From Octopus bimaculoides (Eukaryota), in NCBI RefSeq assembly GCF_001194135.2, contig NC_068984.1, positions 104,688,522-104,752,521 on the forward strand: a stretch of DNA of 64,000 nucleotides. Reading direction: 5' to 3'. This document shows, piece by piece, positions 1 through 12,843 of the stretch. Numbering within the stretch: the stretch's first letter is position 1; the number at the start of each line of letters is the position of its first letter. Position numbers and translations under genes: made by a program. The notes under the pieces are model-generated. The model did not search any database. It saw nothing but the letters and a program-made list of their open reading frames with translations, and had not been told where the DNA came from.

Positions 1-310
1 TACTCAGAAATAGCACACATACAACAGAGTGTGAATAATTTAAGAGAAAAACTGGATATAAGCGGCATCAGATGCAGAGTGCAAAAGGGAAGACTGTACT
101 GGTATGGTCATGTGAGACATATGGATGTGGACAGCTTTATAAAGAAGTAATGGCATCTAATTTTGGAGGGAACCTGTTGAAGGGGTAGACCCAGGAAGAT
201 GTGGGACAAAGTCATGAGAAATGATCTTCAGATGTTGCACCTTCCAAAGGAGATGACAAGGGATTGAGACTTCTGGCAATCTGCTATACATCGAGTTAGA
301 ATAGAGGCAG
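1..310 (+). mobile_element. RTE-clade LINE, degenerate 3' end of ORF
   Basis: Manual translation gives LREKLDISGIRCRVQKGRLYWYGHVRHMD...GRPRKMWDKVMRNDLQML with stops; matches the RTE C-terminal WYGHV/RGRP motifs and the intact copy at 16568-16969. Confidence 0.85.
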
Positions 311-494
311 CTGATAAAGGAATAATTCCAAGTGGCTATCTGTTTTCCTATGTGTCCGTTCCGTTGTCTGTAGTTCATTGTTCTAACGTCCTGTACCCTG
401 ATATGCATCTATATACATATGTAGATGTATGTATGTACATATATGTGTGTATACATGCATATATATTCTTTGTATTATTACATCATTGAACGCA

Positions 495-1281
495 CACGTC
501 CTTTTTGCAAGTAAGTTTGTACTTATATATACCACTCTCCTCACTGGCACCCATCATACCCTATCACATCACCGACTCCTTCACCTGCACTTCTACCAAT
601 GTCATCTATTGCATCTCCTGCTCTCTCTGCCCTTCTTTATACATTGGGCAAACAGGACACTGCTTGGCTGACTGGTTTGCGGAACACGTCCAAGACATCT
701 GACTCGGCAATGACACCCTGGTCTCGTGCCATTTCCGCTCTACCAGTCATTCTTTGCGACACCTCTCCATATTCAGATTGTCCTTGCACAATTGCCATCC
801 GGACTCCCGTTTGTGCCGTGAACAGGGATTAATCTTTTCTCTTTGCTCCCTTGTGCCACATGGGCTCAACTCTCCTCCCATCTTCATCTAACCTCCTCCC
901 CTCGCCTCTTCCCCTCACACCTACTTCCTCCCACTCACCTCTCCTCTCTTGCTCTGACTCCTACTTCTCTTCACTCCTACTCTCCTTCTCTCTTATACAC
1001 ATGCACGCGCACCTTTGTTTTGGGATCACCATTACTTTATTATCTCCCCTTCTTCCTAGCTCTCCTGTGTGACCCTTCTGTCCGGCATTCACCATGATAG
1101 ATCGCTAGCCACTACACATTCTTTATTTTCTCTCCTTGTTTCTTTCTAAGTTCCTTTCTGTGGAAGAGCGTAGGCTCAAAATGTTAAAGACTTTTTCACT
1201 TCCTGAGTGTTAAACTCATACATCTGTTTGTTATCTACACCACCTGTCTTCATCTCTTGTTTTTTTTTTAATTCTCCGCCT
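495..1281 (+). mobile_element. Penelope-like element 3' fragment (GIY-YIG endonuclease, CT-rich tract, hammerhead-like tail)
   Basis: ORF 505-702 FTCTSTNVIYCISCSLCPSLYIGQTGHCLADWFAEH has the VIY...YIGQT GIY-YIG signature of PLEs; the frame continues past one stop; followed by a CT-rich tract and a GAGC-gtag-GCTC stem at 1166-1177. Confidence 0.85.
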
Positions 1282-1360
1282 NNNNNNNNNNNNNNNNNNN
1301 NNNNNNNNNNNNNNNNNNNNNNNNNNNNNNNNNNNNNNNNNNNNNNNNNNNNNNNNNNNN
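1282..1360. other. Assembly gap (N run)
   Basis: N characters; followed by (TA)n. Confidence 1.
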
Positions 1361-1384
1361 TATATATATATATATATATATATG

Positions 1385-1605
1385 TGTATATATTTGTGTG
1401 TGTGTCTGTGTTTGTCCACCAACATCACTTGACAACCGATGCCGGTGTGTTTACGTCCCCATAACTTAGCAGTTCGATAGACCGATAGAATAAGTACTAG
1501 GCATACAAAGAATAAGTCCTGGGGTCGATTTGCTTGACTAAAGGCAGTGCTTCAGCATGGCCACAGTCAAATGACTGAAACAAGTAAAAGAGTAAAAGAG
1601 TAAAG
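1385..1605 (+). mobile_element. SINE 3' half (octopus-type family with aagagta tail)
   Basis: Body ...gataGAATAAGTACTAGGC...CCTGGGGTCGATTTGCTTGACTAAAGGCAGTGCTTCAGCATGGCC...gaaacaagtaaaagagtaaaagag recurs at 3.5, 10.1, 15.2, 53.4 and 61.3 kb. Confidence 0.8.
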
Positions 1606-1702
1606 AAGTAGTTGAATTAAAAATCCAGCACATTAAGCTGGAAGGGGAATATAATAAAAATACTAGATAGTAACACTCCAAATATTAACAATATTAAATA
1701 AT

Positions 1703-1915
1703 GGTTCCAAATTTTGGCACTAGGCTAGCAATTTCGGTGAATGGGGTAGGTCAATTATATCAACCTCAACTGAAAACCGGTACTTACTTTATTGACCCTG
1801 AAAAGATGAAAGGCAAATTCGGCCTAGGTAGAATTTGAACTCAGAACATAAAGATGGACTAAATCCTGCTAAGTATTTTACCCAGTGTGCTTCCAATTCT
1901 GTCAGCTCACCGTCT
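1703..1915 (-). mobile_element. tRNA-derived SINE (second family)
   Basis: Recurrent core gtacttattttattgaccc-gaaaggatgaaaggcaaa...gaatttgaactcagaa shared with at least 8 other copies in the window. Confidence 0.75.
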
Positions 1916-2781
1916 TATAACAGTATTAAATAATAACAATGCTAAGTTAGTAACAGTAGACACAAAAGCCCTAAAACAACAGGGAAGTTATTTTGACAGA
2001 TACACACGAAATAAGAAAGGAGGAACCATGTTAGTGAGTAGTGAAAATATGAATGAGATCTCTGGCAAAATGACAGGGAACCAAATGCTTTGAAGTCTAT
2101 GAATTACTTGGATGGTTTGTTGGAAGTAGTAGTGTAGTAGATAAGCTTTTGGTACCTGTTACATGATTAACAATGAAGGTGGAGCGAGTGATAAAATAAC
2201 AAGTATGGTTTGAAATATATAGTTGAAGTTTAGAGAACTAGTGACTCTGTTGGCAATGACGTGTTTTGTTTCTGAATGAAAAGGCAAACTCCAGGAAGTA
2301 ATAAACATCGGATATATGTTTGTAAATACATTTTTATACAAATATACCAGTATTACTACTTTGTCTACATTTACTGAATGTATACAACTGGAATCAGTGT
2401 GAAGAAGAGATTGAAGGATAAGGGAAAAACTACCAGTGAAGGTTCCTAAGAGGACAGAAAGTGAGGCTATCTCACTCTATGGAACTAAGTAGCTTATGGA
2501 TGTTTGTGGTGGGGTGAAGTATGCACACCAGGAATAATGTTTGGTTTTTAGGTTGATTTAATCTTTAAGGAGAGGAAGTTGATGATTAATGAAAAATTAA
2601 ATTGCAGAAAAAAATGAAAACAAAAACTAATGTGAGTGAGCATTACAGCAGTAAAATGTATACAACATTCAATGTGTTTACAGGAAAGAGTCAACGTAGA
2701 GAAAAATTTTCAGCATACATGTATACACACACACACACACACACGCACACACACACACAAACATGTACATACATGTGTGCA

Positions 2782-2819
<38 letters not shown>

Positions 2820-2996
2820 TGTGTGTGTGTGTGTGGGTGTGTGGGTGTGCGTGTGTGCAAGTATGTATGAATGTATGCATGAATGTATATCATTATCAGT
2901 ATCGTTTAACAGCCACTTTCCATGCTGGCATGGGTTGGATGACTTGATAGGTTCTGTCAGCTGAAAGGCTATGTTGAGTTTCAATGTTAGCTTTTG

Positions 2997-3037
<41 letters not shown>

Positions 3038-3259
3038 NNNNNNNNNNNNNNNNNNNNNNNNNNNNNNNNNNNNNNNNNNNNNNNNNNNNNNNNNNNNNNN
3101 NNNNNNNNNNNNNNNNNNNNNNNNNNNNNNNNNNNNNNNNNNNNNNNNNNNNNNNNNNNNNNNNNNNNNNNNNNNNNNNNNNNNNNNNNNNNNNNNNNNN
3201 NNNNNNNNNNNNNNNNNNNNNNNNNNNNNNNNNNNNNNNNNNNNNNNNNNNNNNNNNNN
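3038..3259. other. Assembly gap (N run)
   Basis: N characters after (TA)n. Confidence 1.
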
Positions 3260-3502
3260 TCTAATTAGTGTAAAGTGAAGTAATTAATTAATTATTGGAT
3301 GTCTTACAGTTGTTTCTGGGATATCCCAAGTGATAGGTTAGCATCACCATACACTGGGTATGGAGGTTAGTATCTCCATACAGAGGGTATGGAGTTTGGT
3401 CCATACTTCCATGAGGGTATATGTTCTTAAGTATAATCCCAGGTAAATCCAGGTAGTATTTTGGCAATATTTTGAATGCTCCTTCAACATGAATGCAGCA
3501 TT

Positions 3503-3543
<41 letters not shown>

Positions 3544-3547
3544 CAAC

Positions 3548-3915
3548 ACATGTGTGGCTTGCTTCTCAACCACATGGTTCCAGGTTCAGTCCCTCTGCAT
3601 GGCACCTTGAGCAAGTATCTTCTTCTATAGCCTCGGACCAACCAAAGCCTCATGAGTGGATTTGGTAGACAGAAACTGAAAGAAACCTATTGTATAAATA
3701 GATATATGTATATATTTGTGTGTTCCCTCCACCCATCATTGTTTGACAACTGATGTTGGTGTGTTTACATCCCCGTAACTTAGCAGTTTGGCAAAAGTGA
3801 CCGATAAAATAAGTAATAAGCTTATAAAAAATAAGTCCCGGGTTTGATTTGTTCAGCTAAAACCATTCAAGGTGGTGCTCCAGCATGGTCAAAGTCAAAT
3901 GACTAAAAAAATAAA
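3548..3915 (+). mobile_element. SINE, near full length
   Basis: Head gcttgcttctcaaccacatggttccaggttcagtccc (B-box-like), ccttgagcaagtatctt central block and the same 3' body as 1385-1605. Confidence 0.8.
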
Positions 3916-4399
3916 AGAATAATATATATATATATATCTGTAAATATTCTTTTACTTGTTTCAGTCAAAACAGGAAACAGGACACACAAACACACACACA
4001 CTCTAATGCAACTACACATTCACACACTCACATACAATTAATTACACACCAATGCATATACACACATAAACACATGCACACCCAGGCAAACAAACACACA
4101 TGTATGCATACACATTCAGACTCACAAATATACACACACACACACAATTTAATGAGTTGCAATACTGACACGTGCTTAGGAATTCAAACTTTACCATAGT
4201 TATTGTGTTTGTACCCTGGTTACAATCTATTTGTCTCAATTTTTCTAAGAAAAACAAGTTTTAATCGTCATTCATGGTGTGTGATTAGCAGTAGGATGGG
4301 CATCCAGCTGGAAAAACAAATTATTCTAACACAAACAAAAACCTGGCTCCACCCATGATAAAATAGGAAAGGAATGTGAACAGTGATATGTGTGTGTGT

Positions 4400-4432
<33 letters not shown>

Positions 4433-4620
4433 CATGTGTGTGTGCATGTGCAAACCTCTGTAGATCATATTGATTGGATATGTGTGTCTGTGCAATGCCA
4501 GTATACACACAGACACAAATATGCATACACACACACACACACACACACACACATGCAAACACATGTAAATAGAATTAGTTTGGGATTTCAAATTTTAGCT
4601 GATAATTTATTCAGCCAGTG

Positions 4621-4691
<71 letters not shown>

Positions 4692-4811
4692 CAATTTAAA
4701 TATAGGATAAAATCTTTATAAGAATTTATCAAATAGTGAGCGTGAAAAACCTCATAAGGGAAAAATTTATTAATTATTCCCTATAAATATATTTACTTAT
4801 ATTAAGGGCAT

Positions 4812-4848
<37 letters not shown>

Positions 4849-4954
4849 ATCAAATATATTCAATGAGGATACAGTATACTGAATTTTGAATAAGTACTCT
4901 TGGTAGGGAAATGTCTAAAACCTTAAGGTATTTAGAGATTTAATAAGAGCGATT

Positions 4955-5569
4955 ATATATTATAAAGTAAGAGCAGGAAAAATTACATCATAAAATTACA
5001 GAAGATATATGTCCATGATATAAATAATATTGTATTAATAGATAAATATATAAAGTATGATTATTTTAACAGTTTGAGATATATTACGATTGTTTCATGA
5101 ATATATTATCCTTCGAAAGGAAATTCAAAATTGATAATCATTATTAGGTAATACATCCACTTGTCAAAGAAAAGGGTGAATTTCTGTGTAGTCAATCAAA
5201 TGAGAGAGATGCTATTTAAAAACATGATAAAGATGTTGTTTAAAAAGTTATTGGTATAGATGTGCATTGGTACAAACTTGGGTTTAAAATTTTGAAAAGA
5301 TAATATAAAGCCATGGTAAAATCCTTTGTAGTAATCCATTATGGATTACTACATCTCTCTCATTTGATTGACTACACATTTGATTGACTAATAATGATTA
5401 TCAATTTTGGATTTCATTTCGAAGGGTAATACATTCATGAAACAATTGTAAGATATCTCAAACCTTTTAAATAATCATACTTTATATATCTATCTATTTA
5501 TACAATATTATTTATATTATGGACGTATATCTTCTGTGCTGTTTTGATGTAATTTTTCCTGTTCTTACT

Positions 5570-5580
<11 letters not shown>
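4955..5580. repeat. Fold-back / long-TIR non-autonomous element
   Basis: 4955-5147 is the approximate reverse complement of 5388-5580 (~190 bp arms, scattered mismatches); an inner 27-bp match (about 5186-5212 vs 5352-5378) extends the symmetry; TA-rich ends. Confidence 0.8.
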
Positions 5581-5622
<42 letters not shown>

Positions 5623-5755
5623 TTATATATAAGTATATATATATATATGTATGTATATATATATGTATATATATATATGTGTATATATGTGTGTGTGTGT
5701 GTGTATACACACACACACAGGGTGCAGTGAATAAATTATGCAAAAATGAAAAGAA

Positions 5756-6983
5756 CAGGGTGCGTAAGGTATTTGAGGATATACCTTTTTTGGGGTCATT
5801 GCTGCATTTTTTGCTAACTCTATATAATCTTTGTTTCAGAAACTAATAATGGCAGACCCTCAACCTATTCAAGAAATGAAGAGGCATGCTGTTATTGTGG
5901 TTATAAAGGCTGAGCATAGCGATTTAGAAATATTTTGATTTTTAAAAGTTGCCAGATCTTTCATCTACAAAGTTTGTAAGGAGCTAGTAACTAAAGATGG
6001 AAATGTATCACCAGTATCAAAGCATTAAAAGCATTCTAAACACTCTGAAAACATCAGAACACATGAATTTATCCAACAAGTTCAACAGACCATTGATTAC
6101 AATCCAAGAAAGTCCATGAAGTCAATTGCAAAAGATCTCCATGTGTCAGAAGGAATAGTCAGAAATGTTGTCCACAAAGACATCAGATATAAGTCTTATA
6201 TGATAAGGAAAGGTCAATTTGTCTGAAAAAAACAATTGAAAATCACTACATCAGATCTAAAAGGCTCTTAAATAAACTGAAAAATCCAGCAGAAAATTTG
6301 ATTTGGTTTTTCTCAAATGAGAAAAACTTCGACCAAAATCAAAATGTTAACAGAAGAAATAACAGATGGTTATGTGCAAACCCTTCTAAAGTTCCAAGTG
6401 TTATGCATACAAAATTTCCTGCAACTGTCATCGTTTTAGGGGTTTTCAGCAATGAAGGACATGTGATGCCTCCTTACCTCTTTCAACAAGGTCTTAGAGT
6501 TAACTCGCTCACCTACATTGAGGTCTTGGAAATAATTGTTAAGCCCTGGATAGACGACATATGCAATGGAAGGCCATGTGAAAGTCTCTGCAGTATTACA
6601 CATGGATCTAGTAACTCAGGAATGGATGGTTGAAAATTTTCATGATCACATAACCCCTAACATTTGGCATCCTAATTTCCCAGATCTCAATCCATTGGAC
6701 TATTACATGTGGAGAGTTGTTGAGAGAGAGGTCAGTGAACATGCCCATGTTACTAAATATTCTTTGAAAGCTGCTATAGTCAGAGTAATGTCCAAAATGA
6801 ATCAAGTGGTCCTGTAGATGATTTAGATCTCATATAGAAGCAGTTGTTGAAGCTGAAGGTGGCTTTATTGAATAACATTATAGAAAAGGTTTATTTTTAT
6901 CCTCATAGCATTTTTTGATAAATAAAGTTATTATCTGTTTTTTTATAAACATAAATCTGTCCTCAAATATCTTACAAACCCTG
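5756..6983 (+). mobile_element. Tc1/mariner element, DD37D/maT-like, inactivated
   Basis: TIR cagggtgcgtaaggtatttgaggata (5756) vs tgtcctcaaatatcttacaaaccctg followed by TA (6983); transposase from ATG 5849 with stops and frameshifts: WFFSNEK, VIVLGVFSNEG, WHPNFPDLNPLDYYMW. Confidence 0.9.
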
Positions 6984-7002
6984 TATTTACCAAAATTACA
7001 TA

Positions 7003-7545
7003 AATATATTTTGAAATACTAAAGAGTAGATTTATTCAATAAAATCGCCATTGGCTTCAACCACAGCCTCCAGACGACTTCGATATCTCTTGCAACTCTT
7101 CTGGATGGTCTCCTTGTTTAAGTTGGTGATTGCTATCATAATCCTTGCCTTCAATTCATCTTTGGTGTTACAAGGAGTTTTGTTGGTCTCTCACTCAACT
7201 ACGCCCCACACATAATAATCAAGGGGATTGCAGTCTGGGGAGTTAGGTGGCCAGATATTAGGGGTGATGTGGTCACAGAAATCATCTGACAGCTATGATT
7301 AGGTTCTCCAGCTTGTGTATGTGTGGCATGGTGCAGAGTCCTGTTGCCAGACATAGGGGTTTTCCAGCAGCTACCCTCTTGATCCAGGGCAGCACTACTT
7401 TCTCCAGGCAATTGATGTAGGCCTCCATGTTGAGTCTGAGGCCATGTGGGAAGATGAATGGAGGCATAACATCGCCATCACTAGTGATCACTCCAAACAT
7501 CATGATGTTGACTGGATATTTGATTTTTATCAATCTTGGCACGTG
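7003..7545 (-). mobile_element. Second maT-like transposase C-terminal fragment
   Basis: ORF 7282-7542 MMFGVITSDGDVMPPFIFPHGLRLNMEAYINCLE; shifted frame WPPNSPDCNPLDYYVWGVVE; homologous to but diverged from the 5756 copy. Confidence 0.85.
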
Positions 7546-7798
7546 TCCTCAGATTGCACTGTCCTCAGATTGATACCCAAACACTCTGAAATGTTTGTAT
7601 TAGAGCTTCTGGCATGAATGCCACACAGTACAGCATGTCATTTCCAAATTGCTGGCAGAGTGAATTACATCATGGTGTTGTTTTTCTCACAGATGGTGCC
7701 CTACTGACCCTATTATACTGTGTAGTTGACAAAATTAAAAACAAACAATGCACATGAATGAAATTAAAAATATAAAATGGCAACAATTTACCCATCTC

Positions 7799-7930
<132 letters not shown>

Positions 7931-8946
7931 ATATAATAGAAATGCACTGTAAAGCGCAACATGTAGCCAAAGTTTGGGCTCAGTAGTAGGTTTCACATTC
8001 CGTTCGAATATCCAGTGTAGTATGACACAGTGCATTAAACTGCTAGATGGGCTAGTGTGCAGAATACACCACATAAAAGTATTAATAAAATACAGAAAAC
8101 ATGTCATATTTTATACATTATAAAACACAAACAAGTTTTGCCAAATTAACTGCCAGTGTTACATAATTATACTTATTGAAACGTTATATAATCTTATGAA
8201 TTACCTCCTCAGTGTTTATCAAAAGATACAATGAATGGTGTTAAGTGCTAGGCAGCACTGTTAACTCTGTGAGACAATGTATTCTATGTCACTTTTTCTC
8301 CAACAAGTGCAGCTGTGTATATAGATATATGCAGCTGCTTCACTAGTTTTGTATATTTATAACTTGGATGATTCTAAGGTTGGCTATAGATTGAACTGGT
8401 CAGTGCTGGGACGCACCATACCTTACTGAGGAAGTAGGCTTCCTTGTGGATTATGTACTAAGGAAGGATTGGAGATTATATTAGCTGGTAGTAAACACCT
8501 TAATAAATGTAGCAAAATACACAGAAAGAGTAGAACATTTTGAAATTACTAGGTCAGGAAATATCTGAAGGGAAGTAAACTAGTATGCTACTGACCATAT
8601 GGGTTAATACAAGGGCCTAGACATGGGATTCTCATGATTCTCATACATCTAATATGATTTTGTAATACCCTATAGCTGAGAACCCTTCTCTGTATACTCA
8701 TACATGAGTCTGTTTCTCATTCCATTCATCTGTGTATATGTACCTTGACTCTACTTCTATTGACAACATTTCGTGGAGTATCAGATTATAGCAGTACAAG
8801 GAACAATGGGATATATGATATGGGATTATGAGCTGTGTCCATTGGCCTGAACACTACCCAATCAAATATGTACAGTGCCTGGAATGATTAATCAGATTGC
8901 ATGTAATAATACAATATTCTGTGGGATGCTTTTTGTTCGTAAATAG

Positions 8947-9060
8947 ATGACGAATGCTTGATAAAAAACTGCCATCTGCTGACAGTAGAATGTTTTCATG
9001 TGACTGAGAAGAAATGGGAACAAATGGTGAAGTCAGATTCCAGGGTACTGTGCCTTAAAG
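8947..9060 (+). CDS. Candidate internal exon, unknown product
   Basis: ttttgttcgtaaatag|AT GAC...AAA G|gtaaca; 114 nt, phase 1-1, open: DECLIKNCHLLTVECFHVTEKKWEQMVKSDSRVLCLK. No partner exon or homology recognised. Confidence 0.3.
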
Positions 9061-9709
9061 GTAACATGACAAAAGATTGAAATGACTAATGAATATGCTA
9101 TATGACAGAATAACCTAACTCGTGCTAGCATGGAAAAATTTAGGTTAAAATGATGATGATGATGACAATGATGATGTGTGTGTGCGTATATGTGGGTGTA
9201 TGCTTGTGCATACATGTGTGTATGTGTTACATATTTTTACTGGTATATGTAAGTCGAATAACCACAAAAACATCTAACAAAACAGTTGGTCACATGTTTC
9301 TTATGTTCTCCCAGAATGAAGTAAATCAATGCCGACATTAAAGAATATTGTTGTTTTTGTATTAGCTGCAGAGAGCAACTTGAGATAATCATTGATCCTA
9401 TTTAACATACACCACCCAGCAATGTAATAAACAAAAGTTCAAATGCCAGCTTTCACAATAACTTCTGTTTTTGCATTATGACCCAAACTGACCCACCCAC
9501 CACCAGTGCCTCTATCTTACATTACCTCATAGCTATATGTCAGTCCATATCCGGGTGGTCTTTCTAACAGTTTTATTAATATATATATATATATATATCT
9601 GTATGTATGTATGTTGCTAATTTTGGAAGAATGCCACTATTTCATTGGATACAAGATCACACAAGAAGACATATCCTTTAGTAGAAGGATACTGAAATGA
9701 TTAATAATA

Positions 9710-9725
9710 ATAATAGTAAATAATA

Positions 9726-9777
<52 letters not shown>

Positions 9778-9808
9778 TAATAATAATAATAAAGATGATG
9801 ATGATGAT
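9710..9808. repeat. (AAT)n/(GAT)n microsatellite
   Basis: Directly visible. Confidence 0.95.
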
Positions 9809-9814
9809 AATTCT

Positions 9815-9985
9815 TTCTACTGTAGGCAAAAAACCTGGAATTTTGGGAAAGAGGGCTAGCTGATTACATTGATTTAAGTGTTCAACTGGTAGTTATTTTA
9901 TTGACCTTGAAAGGATGAAAGGCAAAAATCAACCTTGGCAGAATTTGAACACAGACTGTAAAGCTGGAAGAAATGCAATAAAGCA
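9815..9985 (-). mobile_element. SINE (second family), degenerate
   Basis: gttattttattgaccttgaaaggatgaaaggcaaaa...gaatttgaac core. Confidence 0.7.
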
Positions 9986-10097
9986 TTTAAAATACTACAA
10001 GTATTTAGAACAACTCAATAACTTTACATACATCCATACATATATACGTACATAAATAGATAGATATATAGCTAGATAGATAAATAGATAGATAGGT

Positions 10098-10490
10098 ACA
10101 GGCATGGCTATGTAGTAAGCTTGCTTCCCAACCACATGGTTCTGGGTTCAGTTCCAATGCATGGTATCTTGGGCAAGTGTCTTTTACTATAGCCTTGAGT
10201 TAACCAAGGCCCTGTGAGTAGATTTGGTAGATATAAAATAAAAGAACAGTGTAGTATGTATGTGCGAATGTGTGTGTGTCTTTGTCTGCTTTTCCCCCCA
10301 CCATTGATTGACAACTGGTGTTGGTGTGTTCACATCCCCATAACTTAGTGGTTTGGCAAAAGAGACTAATAGAATAAGTAGCAGATTTAAAAGAAAAAAA
10401 TAAGTTCCGGGGCAATTCATTCAAATAAGAAAACTCTCCAAGGCAGTACCCCAGCAAGGCTACAGTTTTATGACTGAAACAAGTGAAAAA
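10098..10490 (+). mobile_element. SINE, near full length
   Basis: ggcatggctatgtagtaagcttgcttcccaaccacatggttctgggttcagttcc head; same body as the 3548 copy. Confidence 0.8.
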
Positions 10491-10512
10491 TTAAGATTAT
10501 ATATATATATAT

Positions 10513-11274
10513 NNNNNNNNNNNNNNNNNNNNNNNNNNNNNNNNNNNNNNNNNNNNNNNNNNNNNNNNNNNNNNNNNNNNNNNNNNNNNNNNNNNNNNNN
10601 NNNNNNNNNNNNNNNNNNNNNNNNNNNNNNNNNNNNNNNNNNNNNNNNNNNNNNNNNNNNNNNNNNNNNNNNNNNNNNNNNNNNNNNNNNNNNNNNNNNN
10701 NNNNNNNNNNNNNNNNNNNNNNNNNNNNNNNNNNNNNNNNNNNNNNNNNNNNNNNNNNNNNNNNNNNNNNNNNNNNNNNNNNNNNNNNNNNNNNNNNNNN
10801 NNNNNNNNNNNNNNNNNNNNNNNNNNNNNNNNNNNNNNNNNNNNNNNNNNNNNNNNNNNNNNNNNNNNNNNNNNNNNNNNNNNNNNNNNNNNNNNNNNNN
10901 NNNNNNNNNNNNNNNNNNNNNNNNNNNNNNNNNNNNNNNNNNNNNNNNNNNNNNNNNNNNNNNNNNNNNNNNNNNNNNNNNNNNNNNNNNNNNNNNNNNN
11001 NNNNNNNNNNNNNNNNNNNNNNNNNNNNNNNNNNNNNNNNNNNNNNNNNNNNNNNNNNNNNNNNNNNNNNNNNNNNNNNNNNNNNNNNNNNNNNNNNNNN
11101 NNNNNNNNNNNNNNNNNNNNNNNNNNNNNNNNNNNNNNNNNNNNNNNNNNNNNNNNNNNNNNNNNNNNNNNNNNNNNNNNNNNNNNNNNNNNNNNNNNNN
11201 NNNNNNNNNNNNNNNNNNNNNNNNNNNNNNNNNNNNNNNNNNNNNNNNNNNNNNNNNNNNNNNNNNNNNNNNNN
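10513..11274. other. Assembly gap (N run)
   Basis: N characters between (TA)n tracts; the long poly-X ORFs are artefacts. Confidence 1.
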
Positions 11275-11280
11275 TATATA

Positions 11281-11575
11281 TCGAGCGAGATCGTTGCCAG
11301 TACCGCTGGACTGGCTCCTGTGCAGGTGGCACGTAAAATACACCATTTCGAGCGTGGCCATTGCCAGTACCGCCTGACTGGCATTCGTGCCGGTGGCACG
11401 TAAAAGCACCCACTACACTCTCGGAGTGGTTGGCGTTAGGAAGGGCATCCACCTGTAGAAACTCTGCCAAATCAAATTGGAGCCTGGTGTAGCCACCTGG
11501 TCCACCAGTCCTCAGTCAAATCGTCCAACCCATGCTAGCTTTGAAAGTGGACGTTAAACGATGATGATGATGATA
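11281..11575 (+). mobile_element. RTE-type 3' UTR with ~60-bp tandem units and (GAT)n tail
   Basis: Two units ttgccagtaccgc..actggc...ggtggcacgtaaaa, then gagtggttggcgttaggaagggcatcca...acgatgatgatga; the same units follow the RTE stop codon at 16345-16567. Confidence 0.75.
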
Positions 11576-11589
11576 TATATATGTTGCAA

Positions 11590-12630
11590 ATCATCCTCCT
11601 CTACTGTGGATGAACAGGAGACCTACTTTTCATGAATTCAAGCAAGCTATGAAGCAAATGAGACCAAGGAAGTCTCCAGGCCCAGAGGACTTTTCAATCT
11701 TAGTAGATTTCGATCTTAACACACATACAACACATCTCAGAACTTCAATATGCTGATAAGAATGCTGCCCTCTGTCATTCAAAAGAACTCCATCAGTCTG
11801 TGAACAACTTTGCTATGGCTTACCATCACTTTGGCCTTACAGTAAACGTCAAGAAAACCAAGGTCCTTGCACAACCAGCCCCAAATACCATTTTACCAGA
11901 TTTTGATGTTACCTTCTCTGATACACCTCTCGAAAAAGTAGAGCATTTTCTTTATCTAGGCAACCTTTTATCAAACAAGTTTACCTCAGAAAAGGATGTG
12001 GAACACAGAATTGGAGCTGCACATGGGGCATTTGGAACAACAACAAAGATCTTAAGAATGAAAATTATGATTTATTATGCTGTTGTCATTTCAACCTTGC
12101 TATATGGCTGTGAAACCTGGGCTGTATATCGTTGTGACATTCAAAACTTAGAACACTTTCTCTAACAAAAGCTTTGTTCAATCTTCAGTGTCAAATAGGA
12201 ACACTATGTGACCAACAATAGAGTCCTAGAAAGAGCCAACAATCAAAGTATCGAATGGTTGATCATGAAACACCATTTTCGATGGTCAGGACATGTAGCA
12301 AGAATGGAAGAGTCAAGGTTCCCATGTTGAGTCTTATTCAGTGAGCTCACTTCAGGAAATAGACCACAGGGTTGCTCTCCTCAAAGATACAAGGATCAAT
12401 TCAAAGCAACACTCAAAGCCATTGGAGACTGTACAAAGTGGCAATGTTCCATTACCATCAGAACCAAAAACTTCAAAGCCATCTGAATAGAAAAGCAAGG
12501 GATCAAATGACAGGAGAGAAAGGTTCAACAAAATCAACCTCATCCTCCATCAACATTGCCATGCAGTCAATGCCATTGACTCTTCTATGCAAGAATTGGT
12601 CTACAGAGTCATTGATGGCATCACTATAAA
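11590..12630 (+). mobile_element. RTE (BovB-like) LINE remnant, RT C-terminal half
   Basis: ORF 11800-12165 FGLTVNVKKTKVL...LEKVEHFLYLG...STLLYGCETW; downstream RWSGHVARME and RPQG motifs with stops. Confidence 0.9.
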
Positions 12631-12843
12631 GAGAATGTTCAGTAAAGAAGAAAATAAATACTCGGATATGAGATAGAGTCACTGCTGACGATATATATAT
12701 TATCATCATTTAATGTTCTGTCCATGCTGGTTGGAAGGTTTGATGGGATCCAATTAGCTAGAGAACTGCATTGACCTCCAATGTTAGTTTTGGCATAATA
12801 TTTTATAGCTGGATGCCTTCCTAATGCCAACTTTACAGAGTGT

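Noticed and set aside
2602-4699. Cys/Val- and His/Thr-rich ORFs (also at 30.3-30.8 and 59.0-59.4 kb)
   Set aside because: Translations of (CA)n/(TG)n/(TA)n microsatellites.
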